NCBI GenBank assembly: GCA_028023455.1
Contig: JAQFVV010000008.1
Location: 12,524,001-12,588,000 of the forward strand
Direction: 5' to 3'
Length of the DNA stretch: 64,000 bases
Source of the DNA: Epiperipatus broadwayi
Taxonomy: Eukaryota; Animalia; Onychophora
In this document: piece by piece, positions 1 to 12,199 of the stretch
How positions within the stretch are numbered: the first letter of the stretch is position 1
Layout: the number at the start of each line of letters is the position of its first letter
Notes under the pieces: generated by a model
Database searches by the model: none
The model's input: only the letters and a program-made list of their open reading frames with translations
What the model was told of the DNA's origin: nothing
Position numbers and translations under genes: made by a program

Positions 1-477
1 TGTGTGGAAAAAAATTTGCTACTATAGGGAAAATGTTCTTACATTACAGCTGCCCAGCAAACCCTTTTTATTCATATTATTCTATTCATGCCTATATAAG
101 CATACTTTCTTTTTTTACAATATAGGTCTGAAATTAAATCTTAGTTACAAGCAAATTGCAGCTACTTTTGGAAAAAAAATTGTAAATGTCAAAAGCATAT
201 CAGCTTATTCTTGGGTTATTTCTATGGTTATGTTAAACAAAACCCACATCAGTTTCTGTCTAATAGCATCCCTTAATATTAGTCATATTACATTAGTCAT
301 TCTAATAATCTATTTTTTTTAATGCTCTTAAGATTCTGAATCCAACATGCTATTAAGTTCTGACACTAATCCAATATCAGTTAAAAGCAAACTGCAACCA
401 CTTTTGACTTTTCATCAAATATACACCAGAAACAATGTAACAGCTTTCTAATAAGACTTACATTCGATCTGCAAGAC

Positions 478-938
478 CAAGTTCTGTGGAATCAGTAGTC
501 AAAATTCCAGACTCCGACCCCGACTCCTCTTTTTTATGACCTCCGACTCCTGCATTTATAATAGTTAACATAATAAGTATATACATAACTAATATTTAAT
601 AAATAATATATAAATATAAAAAGCTAAAGCTATGTTAACAGTAAAAACAAATAAAACAAATAAACAATAAAGATAATAATAATAAAAAACTGTAAATTTA
701 ATTAATAAACTACCATTTATGCATTTTTTACTTCAACTAAATAAATTTTAACAAAAAGCAAAACAAGTAATAGAAAATTAATATAAAGTCAAATTTCCTT
801 CATTTAAATAAAAACAAAATAAAATTCAAATCAGGTGTTTTAGAAAATGTATTAATATGGAGTCAGTCAGTATATTTTTTTATGATTCGAATTTCAATGA
901 TTAAAAATCCCTTCACAACCCTGATTTCCACAGCTTTG
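478..938. mobile_element. MITE-like element, possibly hAT-derived
   Basis: Imperfect terminal inverted repeats caagttctgtggaatcag (478-495) and ctgatttccacagctttg (921-938). Internal ccgactcc/ggagtcag motifs (510-551, 859-868). No clear TSD. Confidence 0.45.
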
Positions 939-2412
939 CACAACATTAATCCATTTCACATCAATCTAATTCTTACATATTTCTAAAAGGATGATATTAA
1001 TATAAATCAGATGATACCAGCAAAACTAAATTTTGTTTTCTGATTGTTGGGTTTTTCAGCAGAAAATACAATGCAAATATTTTGCATTACAATCATCTCA
1101 AATGTCTTATTCTTATTATGTAATGTGCTTAAACTCAAAAGACTAGATGTTTAAAAAAATTTGATCATTATTATAAACAGCATAATGTCAAAAAAATAAC
1201 AACTTCCAAATGGATGCAATATCCTAAAGTAGGGTTTTTTTTTTTACAGAGACAGGCCAATAGCCATAAATAAGTCTGTGGATGTATTTGACATTCCAGA
1301 CAGTATCCATTTATTACCTATGCTTGCAAAGATGGCTCAGGAGTAATGATATAAAATGGTTTCTGTTGTGAATAAATCATATTCTTTTTTTTGTTTTTGA
1401 TAATGTTTTTATCAATTTCAATTTGAAAAAAAAAAAAAAACCGCTATACACAGAAAAAAAAAAAAAGAAGCATTTTCCATTTACTAGAAATGCAAAATTA
1501 TATAACAAAAAAAAAAAATTTGCAATGTTAGCAATCAATTTCATAAGTAAAATACGATAAGAATCTGAGAAAATATCATGAACATTTGGGAGGTAAATAT
1601 TCATAATAAAGCATGCAGATAATTCATTGTGAAGTAATATTGATTTTGAAGAAGCTAAAGTATTAGCTTTTTTTTTTTACTTTCTCAGTAAGCAAATTGT
1701 AAACTATTATATAAAATTAATTTTAATGCTGGTATTTACATAAAAACAAGAATAAGCAATGGAGCTAAAGAAAAGATAATAAAGGATGCTAATTTTGATT
1801 CTGATGTGATTTAATCCACTGGTACACAATGTTAAATTTGAGTTCATATCTACATGCACAGTTGTCATGTACTTTCTCTTATATCATCAAAACAGGAAAT
1901 AAATATAATCCATTATGCTGTTTTTCATGTCATTAAAGAGGACAAAAAAATATTTGTTGAAAAAAGCCTTTCATTAGATGTTATATAATGATATTTTGTA
2001 TTATTTACTTACAGATTTCTCTTATATCCTTATCTCCCATATATACAAGTCTGAAAGTTTTAGTTATTTAATACTTGACAAATATTGCACCAATCTTGAT
2101 GAAGTTTATTATAATTTTTTTTTTTTTTTGGAGAATTATATAGACAATGTATTTTTACTTTACAATACTTAAATTTTGTTTTAAAAAGAGAATTTGAAAG
2201 TTTGTACTAGCAGTAACTTCAAGGGAATTTTTCATAATCTAAAAGTAATATTTTCTATCCAATTTGAAAATTATCAGTATATTATTTCACTGAAAAAAAA
2301 GTGTGTACTAAGATAATTGAGGCAATATTTGTGGAGTTAATTAAGTAACAAACAAACTTTCCCATTACATAATATTACTTTTTTCTTTAGTTTGTATTTG
2401 TAATTTTATTTA

Positions 2413-2760
2413 GCAAAATATTTTTAATGTCCACGACCAATAAGGTTTTAATATTTTCTTTAGTAGTTACTTCTTAGATACGGTTAAGGTTTATTGTCAA
2501 TCATAATCACGGCATTAACAAGAAAGAAAACAGTGTTCAACTTTCGACCAAATTGAATATGAAAAAATATAATTTAAACAATCATTTACACATAATTATT
2601 TTTTTATATTAATAGGGCAATATACCTAGCCAATCAGTGAGAGCTATGATTCTGGTAAACTACACCGAAAATGCATTCAGGCTGTATCTAAAAAAAAAAT
2701 AACTATTTCATAAGAAGAAAATATTAAAACCTATTCAGTCATGGGCACTAAAAATGTTTT
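2413..2760. mobile_element. Inverted-repeat element with ~70 bp imperfect arms
   Basis: aaaatatttttaatgtccacgaccaataaggttttaatattttct...cttagatacgg (2413-2483) is the reverse complement of gctgtatctaa...agaaaatattaaaacctattcagtcatgggcactaaaaatgtttt (2681-2760). The spacer is ~200 bp and non-coding. Confidence 0.6.
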
Positions 2761-3666
2761 ATTAAATAAAACAGATTTATATAGTAAATAGCTGTCCCCA
2801 TAGTTGATAATTACCAAAAATTTTTAAAACAATTAAATATCATAAAGCAAAAATTCATAGACTAGCAAACAAACTTTTCAAATTTATATATATAAGAATA
2901 AGAATAAAGGAAATGATAAACAACAAATGATTATCTGTAACTTACACACAAAAGGCTATCTTTAATTTAAATATTTCAGAATTATTTGTTTTAGAGATCT
3001 AGTATTTATTCTTGATAATGACTGCAAATTCTTTAATCCTTATAGGAATATTTAAATTATAATATTATAATATCTATTGCCGAGTTCATTTTTATAAGTA
3101 ATTCCTTCAATATATGGGTCAAATTTAAAAAGTGCAGACATCAATCTTTCAAATAATTTTTTTAAAATTACTTGCTTTTAAATATAATAGCATAATACAT
3201 AATAAATTAATAATATTTTATTGAGTGCTTTAAAAATTATTTTAAACAAGATTAAAAATTAGTCAATTACAATATTTTAAATAATCCTTCAAATATATTT
3301 TTATGAGCCTTATATATATATATAACTCAACAAATATTGCACTAATCTTGATGAATCTTATATGATTTTTTTTTTTTGAGAGGAGGGAGGGGATATTACA
3401 TGGCCTATAGACTTTTGCTCTATGGTATTTAATTGCCTTAGAAACTTTGGTAATTTGCATTATAAAAATGTATTGAAATCAGAACCATTTTGAAATGATT
3501 TCATAAAAATGTAAAAAAAAAAAGAGCATTACTGATTAAAAAATTACACACAGAAATTTACAAAGAGTGTTGTAGCCTACATATAGAAATACATATTACA
3601 GAAATGAAAAAAATTATAGTTTTTGGTTAAACGAGGTAAAATTCAATTTCGTAAATATATTTTAAA

Positions 3667-3895
3667 TATTTGAAAACCAGGCACTCTTCACAAACCTGGA
3701 GATTAATTATAAATATAGGGGTTTGAACTCAGACTTTCAATCACCCTTCAACTATCCACACTATCTCATATAACTGATATACATAACCACACACATATAG
3801 AAAAGATAAATAATCTCCAATAAATGTATTACGTGCTAAACCAGCACTCATCAGTTGGTCCAGATTATCATCTCCCACATATATATAATCAGTGC
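3667..3895 (-). mobile_element. PLE-derived family F1, one full arm with tail plus start of the inverted arm
   Basis: Aligns along its length with the 6015-6404 element, including the 44 bp tail (tatttgaaaaccaggcactcttcacaaacctggag) and the central spacer. Confidence 0.8.
3816..3859 (-). ncRNA. Minimal type I hammerhead ribozyme motif (F1), mutated
   Basis: Minus strand reads ACCAA CUGAUGA GUGCU gguuu AGCAC GUAA UACAUUU A UUGG. The CUGAUGA core and stems I and II are intact; GAAA is mutated to GUAA. Confidence 0.7.
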
Positions 3896-4484
3896 TCAGT
3901 TTATATTAAGATAGCAAATGTTCATACTTTAATGGATAGGCTTCAATCTACTCCAACCTCCAACTTTTCAGCCAACCATATCATTGAAAATCTGATGATG
4001 AAAACCCAAACCCCAATCTGATGCCAATATTATTGCCATGCCCATGTTGACCTAAAGTCTGGTCAGAGTGACATTGTTAATTATTTTATGAAATATTTAG
4101 TTATGCAACCTAGTATCAGACTAATAACATTCATCTGAACGTAGTTACTTTGATCCTATATGGTGTGGATAAATACTTAAAAAAAAAAAATGAATTTGAT
4201 GAATAATTTCTTATATGTATATAAAAAGTGTCATCTTTTGGATACATAATCTATTTAAAAACAACAACAACAAAAAAAATTATATAAAAATTATAATAAA
4301 AATAATACCCAAGTAAATAATTAATTTAAGAGAAAAACTAGTTATTCAAAGTAAATGGAAATTTTACATATTATTTTTATATTATTCATACATATATGAT
4401 AGAATTATAAAATATGGATTGATATTTAATTTTAAAGCAGTATGCAATTTGCCTATAGCGAATGTTTCTTGTACCATGTAATTA

Positions 4485-4523
4485 GAGGGATTTGAACTCA
4501 GGATTAAAAAGTTCAAATCCTTC
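4485..4523. repeat. Mini-hairpin remnant of F1 arm ends
   Basis: gagggatttgaac / gttcaaatccttc form a 13 bp stem (1 mismatch) with a 13 nt loop, matching the F1 ggggatttgaactcag end. Confidence 0.5.
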
Positions 4524-6129
4524 CATGTTAGTTTGGAGGATTATGCTACTCCATAATTCTCAAATAATAAAAAGCATGAGATTGCATATTAATTATAAAA
4601 CTACTATGGGCAGCTTGCCTCTGACCATACAATGAATAACTGATTATAGACACATCATATATAAAGCAAATAATATATATATATTCAACATTGCTGCTAC
4701 ATTTAATTAAAATATTGCCAATTTATTTTAATAAAATAATTAACTGAAATTTATTTTAACTAAGAAGATTACAACAAAATGAATATTAGTTTTAAAAAAC
4801 CTATTTCCCATTTATAATTTCTTTACATGAAGTTAAAAATGACAGTTAAGATTTCAATCTTCAAAGGCAGGATTAAAAAAAAATGTTTTTATGATTATGA
4901 ATTGTTTGCAAAACAAATTATAAAATGATAAAATAATAGATATTAAAAATTTTTCAATATTGCATATAAATTTAAAAAAAATAAAAATTGAAATATAAAC
5001 CTTAAAAAAAAAAAGTAAATTAAAATCAAAGCATTACACAGATACTAGGATTCAATGATCACTCATCCTTACATAAATGCTAAAATAGGGTGATTTTAAA
5101 AGTGTAGATTATGTAAGCCTGTATTATAGAATATATTTCTTTCATCTGAAAAATATTCTATTGATGTTCTTTTCAAAATATTTAAAGCAAATCTTTTTAA
5201 CAGGCCTTAAAAATGTAAGTGGAAACTTTTCTTGTGACTATTTCTTGAAGATGACAAAAAAGCAATCACCTTTTTTGTTTGAAGTCACCTGCAAAAGATG
5301 TATTATATATGTATACTTTTTTTTTCCTATTCCATTCCTTAAAAATCCTCTTAATTTTCTTCACTAATTATTCACAATTTTTTAGTTAGTTATCATTAAT
5401 CCTAAACAAATTCGTAAGACTATCATAATTTTTCACATTACATATACTCCAATTATTATTATCACTACGAGCCATTTGTAAATGTGGCCATTCTAACTCC
5501 ACACACACAAAATATATGCAAATAAATACAAATAAAAAATGAAGATCAGTTTTGTGATTATACATGTTTACATAATCATGGTGATCCTAGACTGTTTATT
5601 TGATTCATATTCTATGGTAAATTTTCTTTCTAAAAGTCTTTAATACCTTACCTATTTGCATATCTCCATTCTATCTTTAGCTATAAAATTAATTGAGGGT
5701 ACTTTTTTTGTATATCTCTACTATATTCTATCTTTAACCATATACTCACAATAAAATCAATTGATAACACCTTTTTTTTTCTCTCTGAGGTAATCATTAT
5801 AATGTAAATAGGTTCTGTTTTTCACAGGAAATCAATACAACTTTACTTAAAATGTTTTTTACAAAATATATTATTCATTCACTTCATATAATGTATATTT
5901 ACAATAGTACACACAATACCACCTAACCAAAAAGTTGAAGAACACCAACCAAATGAACTACATTTCTACCATTGGTTCACTATCTTTTTTAAAACGATTT
6001 TGGTAATAAATGCTTTACTTGATAAATATAGGGGATTTGAACTCAGACTTTCAAGCACTTTTCAACTATCCACACTATCACATACCACTGATACACATGA
6101 TCACACACATGTAGAAAAGATCAATAATC

Positions 6130-6176
6130 ACCAATATACGTATTTCATGCTGAACCAGCACTCATCATCAGTTGAT
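6130..6176 (-). ncRNA. Minimal type I hammerhead ribozyme motif (F1)
   Basis: Minus strand reads AUCAA CUGAUGA [uga] GUGCUG guu CAGCAU GAAA UACGUAU A UUGGU. Stem III AUACGUAU is self-complementary. There is a 3 nt insertion after the core. Confidence 0.75.
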
Positions 6177-6203
6177 CCAGATTATCATCTCTCACCCATA
6201 TAT

Positions 6204-6243
6204 ATGATGATTGCTGTTTCAGTACGAAATACATATATTGGTG
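6204..6243 (+). ncRNA. Second, degenerate hammerhead motif on the opposite arm (F1)
   Basis: AUGAUGA UUGCUG uuu CAGUAC GAAA UACAUAU A UUGGU. C3 and the 5' strand of stem I are lost at the inversion junction. Confidence 0.6.
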
Positions 6244-9200
6244 ATTATTGATCTTTTCTACATGTGTGTGATCATGTGTATCAGTGATATGAGATAGTGT
6301 GGATAGTTGAAGGTGCTTGAAAGTCTGAGTTCAAATCCCCTATATTTACAATTAAGCTCCAGGTATATGAAGAGTGCCTGTATTTCAAATATTACTTGAT
6401 AAATCTAAATCTTTTGTTTCTTAGTAAATTCCCTTATTTTTAAACTTTCCAGTCTTGCTTTAAGCAAGATTCACTCATTCTACTCTTGTCATAAATATCT
6501 TTAACTTCAAGACTGATCTTATTTTGATATTATTTATTTTTAATTTTACATAAGATTTTTTATTTTATTTTCACTTATTAAGTGATTATCTGTTCTTTTA
6601 TTTTTACAAAAGTACATTAAACTATATTCATTACCTAATGTTTCTGCACATCTTAATACCTATCTTAATCAATTCATATGTTTTTTCAATTAATCCAAAC
6701 TAATATTATTCTTGCAATCTGATCCTGTCTGTAAATAATAAATCCTGCAAATGTTACAATGTTAACATTTCTCAAATGAAATAATAATTATCCTAGTTCT
6801 TCTTATACAGTTTTATTCACTGTCCAAACACTTTCTCCAAGTGTGTATCTACTCCATTTCTTTCTGAATCTTATCCAAATTAACCAATACATCATTTCTG
6901 TAAATACTGTTACACTTTTCTATAAAGTTCTACTTTTGTAATATTTATTATAAAAAAAACAAATACATTTATATTACCCCCTCCCTTTAGTTTTCAATAT
7001 CAAGTTGTTGTTTTTTAATTCTGTGTTCCTTTATATATATTAATTTTGGTTCCTTTATTATTGTTATTTTCTAATTTATTTATTATTTTTGCCTTTTTAT
7101 TAGACTTTTCTCTTTTTCTATATTTTAAATATTCAAATCTTTTTACTTAGTGAAAAGCATCACAATTATCTATAAATTCTGGTATCTTATATTTATCATT
7201 ACTTTTATGATTAGATTTTTATCTTCTATATCTATCTTAATTTATTTTCTAATTTCTTTCAATATAATAAACACATGATAATCAATAAAAGTAAGAAGGA
7301 ATCCTATCTAAAGGCTATCTTACTTTTCCCCTTAATTTCCCCTAGTTGATATATAGTTTTTTAAATAAATGCCATAGATCTTTCACAATCCAATTTTGAT
7401 TAACTTAAATCATAAAATGTTCTAAATATCTAATGTCTGAAGCTATCCTAGCACCTCTGTGAGGCGTGACAAAGCACAAAATCATGGTCAGAGGTTTGGG
7501 GGGAGGGGTTCCTGACAGAGATATTTTAAATACTTTCTCTGGCTAAGCATTTATCACAAAGCTTGTTGAGCAATTAGCAATGCTCATTGTATATATCTTA
7601 CAAGCTTAAGAGAATTGGGTCGTGTGATCTATGACTCTTATTTTGACTATCCAGTCTTGTACTTTTTCTATATTTAAAATAACTTCATTTGCTTTTCTAA
7701 TTAATCTATGAATTACTTTCAAAATTGTGTTAATACATATATAATTATCAATTCTATAAATTATAAATCCATCTTGTATTTATCTTATTTTGTGATTGTT
7801 TCACAATACCTTAAATTTATTTATAGTAATATATGTTAATTTATGCGTAATTGGTGTTATTACTACTGCTACAGTAAGTTAAATTTCTAATAAAAATTAA
7901 CATTTTTTTACATTCTTTCAAATTTCTGAATTAATTCTTTGATGTGCAATGTGTTAAAATAATTAAGTAATGACATAAAAAGGTTTTTACCCTATTGAGG
8001 TCATTTCATTAGATAATTCAACTGATTTTTTTTCACTTTAACATTCATAACTTATAAAGTGCTTGTAATAGCTTTTCCATTTGAGATTAACACTTTTTAG
8101 ATTTTTTACTTCTTTAGTACATTATTCTAATTTGGACTTTTTAAAAAAATCTCAATTCTTTTAAATAGATATTTAAAAGATTTTCTATTTTTCTTTTCTC
8201 TTAAATATTTTTTTATTTTTAATAAATTAATCTTTTCATTAAATCAACATTTATATTTAATAAGCTTCTAGATTTTTTTATAACAATTTCCTATGTATTG
8301 TTTATACTAACTCTACTTTTTTTTTTTTATTTAATCTAATTTTTTTCTTACTTCTGTTTTGTTTTTCTCTTCTAATCGTATTTTCTATTTATTTTCTCTG
8401 CTCTTAGTTTTTTCTTACCTTCGTTTTTATATTCTCTATGTATTCAAAAAAATTCTTTCACCTGATAAATTATTCTGAAAACATTTACTATTTAAATAAA
8501 ATCAAGGAGAACAAAAAAAATACAAACTTTTCTAGCAAAAAGTTTTGAGAAATGTTGAAGAGTATATCATTTTCAAAAGGACATGAAAATTCAAAGAAAA
8601 ACAAAGCAGGATGAATACTATTGGATAATTAAACTACTCTTCGTAACTATTAGGAAATACAAAACTGCTTAGCATAGGAAAAAAAAATGAAGAAAAACAA
8701 TTTATTTATTACATTTGTCATATGGTAGTATTTTAGATAACAACACTATCAAGAAAGAAAATACAATATTCCCTCTAAATCATCGGTTTCAATTATCCAT
8801 GACGGACACAAAAAAATTAACATTAAAAAAGAAAAAATAATAATTCTACACTATTTTTGTTCACAGTGAGTATACAATAACATTTAAAACATGTATATAC
8901 ATATACTTAATATATAAAATTGATTAAAAACCTTTATATGGTTTGATATTATTTGTGACCAATATTTATGACATGACTTGGAATATAGAGAATAAAAGTT
9001 TACATCTATCCAAAATTAAAATGTATATTACCTTAAAAAATCCTTATGCTATGAGAGTAAAATTTAACTTAAAAAAATCTTTAGAATCGCTATGAATATA
9101 CATACTTAAATCAACAAAAGGCAAATAGTCTGTTACAAAAAGATTAAAAACCTATATTTCTACTATCCACTTTTCCTCTCTTCATTTTTTTTTTTAGGAA

Positions 9201-9559
9201 AAAAAAACTCCTATCTAATGGAATTTTATTTTGCTTCTCAGTCTTTTTCATATATTTATCTGTGCATATGAATTTTTTTAAAAAACAATTTAATTTTAAC
9301 AAAATATAAAGAAAACTATACAAATTCCAAGCAGGAAATGGATTTATTTGCAGCTTTATTACGTCCTTCAATTCTACCAAAGTAATCATAAAATTAACAA
9401 TCATTACCTATATAATTTATGGTTTGTTCATATTTACATAGATCAATAGCTGTTAAATTTCATTTATAAAGCATATGAGTACAATGATTATGGGTTTTCC
9501 TAAATCTGTTGGTAAGATTCCAGATGTGTCTAGGAAGATTAAATCTGACTAAATCTGGA

Positions 9560-11520
9560 GGGAAAAAAAATGTTTGGAACATCAGAAGAATTCCATTTTT
9601 ACCATTCTATAATTATAGATTCTTAATTAAACATTCAACAAGGAGATTTGAAATGAATGTTAGATGGTGAAACTATATCTTGAGTTATTGGAAAGTATGA
9701 TCTGCTTAACATATTTCTACGAGGGATGGATATATATGAAAGAACAAAGTCACTTCAAAAAAGTAAATATGACATTACAAATAATATTTCTCTTGGTAAT
9801 CTTCAATCAATATCCAGAAAATAACTTTCCAAGATTATTTCTAAAAATTAATTGAATTAGGCTACAATTCAAGGGTATTCCTAATACCATGGGATAAGAT
9901 TATATTTCAGGCTATTATTGCAAAAGGTTATATTCAGATTACGTGATGACTGATGAAAAATTGAACACACTGCTTTCACTGAATTAGGAAAAAGATCCCA
10001 GTCTTTGAAAAAAATGTCAGTCTTTTCATATTTTTATTGAGACTTGTCTATTTCAAAAAGTTAAAGCAATACTATAAGCTACGGATAAATTTACTATACT
10101 ACATTGCCTTCATTAAATTAGGAAAAAGATCCCAGTCTTTGAAAAAGATTAGAAATATTTTCATATTCTTATTGAAAAATTTTCTGTTTCAATAAAGATC
10201 TCTTAGGAAGTCTAAGCAATACTGTCAGTATACATGAATATCATGTATATAAAATAAAGTAGGTGAGAGAACTGAATCCTGTGGTAGTCCATTTTGTAAA
10301 ACGTGTAATTGCTACAGTTATCATTTAATGTCATTTGAATTGTTCTATTGGAGAGGATTTTGTCAAGTAAATTATTGGTTTTCTTGTCTAGGAATTTTAG
10401 ACATTTTTAGATGACAATTTTTTCCAAACATAAATATAAGCTGAGGTTAGATCAATAAAGATAGCATTAGTTTTTAACTTATTTAGAAAACTTTTTGTGT
10501 TCTTAATAATAAAATTTGTTTTCAGTACCTTCCTCATGGCCTAAACCCAGCCCATTCTATAAGTAGATGGTTCTAGAGTAATGGCAAAATTCTTATTAAT
10601 ATGATTCTTTAAAAAAGTTTATAAAAACAATGATATTGGACAACTATTTTTTTGGAATATTGTTGGCTTTATTTAATTTTAAGACTGGTAGTTTTAATTT
10701 ATACCAATTTTTGAATAGTTTCTGTATGAATATTGTTATGTGAAGTTTAGCCAATCATGCTTTTGGCTTTAGATATTAAATTTTTTAGAAATTCTGGAAT
10801 ATATAATTTGTTCTAGAGATATTTTTTCCTGGTTTAGAACAAATTCAAATTTACCATTATATATAGCTTTTATTTGATATTAGAGAAACATTGTGAAATA
10901 TTTAACTTACAATTCTTCTTAAATGACCTATCAATCTTGAATTTAGAATTCTGATATATAAGAGTGGAAATCTCATTAGCAGTAACAGTAGTGATATCCA
11001 TCAAGCTTTCATAAAAATGACCAGATATTATTACTAGATTTTGTAAAATTTTGTTCTCCATGATCTCTTTTCACTTTTCTTTTGTGGATTTATCCAGTAA
11101 TTTTACAAGTTTATCAGCAATGTCTGGATCTTTGGATAGACAAAAATTGGCTACAAAGAGCACAGCTGGTTTTGTTCTAAAATAGAATGAATTGCTTTAG
11201 ATAACCACAAAGAATGGATTTTCTGACAGCTATTATTACAAGTGTATTAAATTTATTATAGCAAGATGGAATTGGAGAAATTCTATTAATATTCTCTTCA
11301 AGACATGTAGTACATCAACTTCAGCTAATTTTTCTTGAATTCCATCATGGAGCGAGATAACTTTCAAATTCATTAAAGCACATAATGGTGAATCATTGTT
11401 TGCTGAAACAAAAATTAAATCAAGAGTTGATTCTGTTTCTCACCTTTCTGGATAGAATAATTCTTCCTTGTTTGGCATTACAATCCATCCATTCCTAAAA
11501 ATAATCTGTTTGATCCTCAT
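9560..11520 (-). mobile_element. Decayed I-group (Ingi/Nimb-like) LINE fragment
   Basis: Minus-strand translation gives ESTLDLIFVS (11401-11433, endonuclease C-terminal motif) and GLPQDSVLSPTLFYIHD (10240-10290, RT motif). Many stops. Internal ~125 bp tandem duplication at 9970-10220. Confidence 0.62.
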
Positions 11521-12199
11521 TTACATATCCCTAAAGATTAAATGAAAATTAAAATCTATAAGTACAAGTGTAGAAAGATCTGGAAAAGGAGAATAGATTA
11601 AATTTGTATTGGGGAGTTTGTAAATTTTGCACACATAAAAATTATCTGTTGAATGAGAATTGCAATCTTCGATAGAAGTTTTTGCTTTACAAGATTATTT
11701 GAAGTAAAAGTAACTATACAATGTTTAATATGCATTCTAGTAATAATCAACATGAATACAGAAATTTTAAGAAGATATACATTATTAGTAGAATTACTAG
11801 TTTTCTAAATTGTAATTACATGTGTATTGCAGTAAAGAATTATTTTGCAGAGAATCTCAATTTTGATTTAGATATATCCTCAATATTAAATTGAGATAAT
11901 TTTATTGTGTTTCTGGGTGAAAAGAAGATTATCCTGTTAAAGGCATACCTGGCATTGACATAATCAAGTCATTACAATAATATAAACTACTATATATATG
12001 TATATTAAAAAGACCAACTGGTTTAAATAGAGCTGATGAAGCACAATGTAGTCCAGCTTTATGGAGACTACTTATTTTATTTCTTCTAATATAAACTTGA
12101 AAACAATTAATGGTTAAGTTGAAGAAAATAAACATTTTATTAATTCACATATTCTGAAATGCTCAATCTCATTCTTTATCTCACACTCAATCTTGTTAC

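Larger units (their letters stand above)
6015..6404. mobile_element. PLE-derived family F1 asymmetric fold-back element with TSD
   Basis: Arms at ~6024-6170 and ~6205-6347. A 44 bp tail (6348-6391) is present on the right arm only. Identical 13 bp direct repeat ttacttgataaat at 6015-6027 and 6392-6404. Confidence 0.88.

Noticed and set aside
2-322. 106 aa ORF, and the other short ORF-track entries in AT-rich sequence
   Set aside because: F/I/L/K/Y-rich low-complexity peptides with no recognisable domain, as expected by chance at this base composition. Several are antisense to LINE remnants.
2078-3380. ~50 bp similarity between 2078-2130 and 3330-3380
   Set aside because: Too short and partly poly-T; likely fragments of a common repeat, with no further structure visible.
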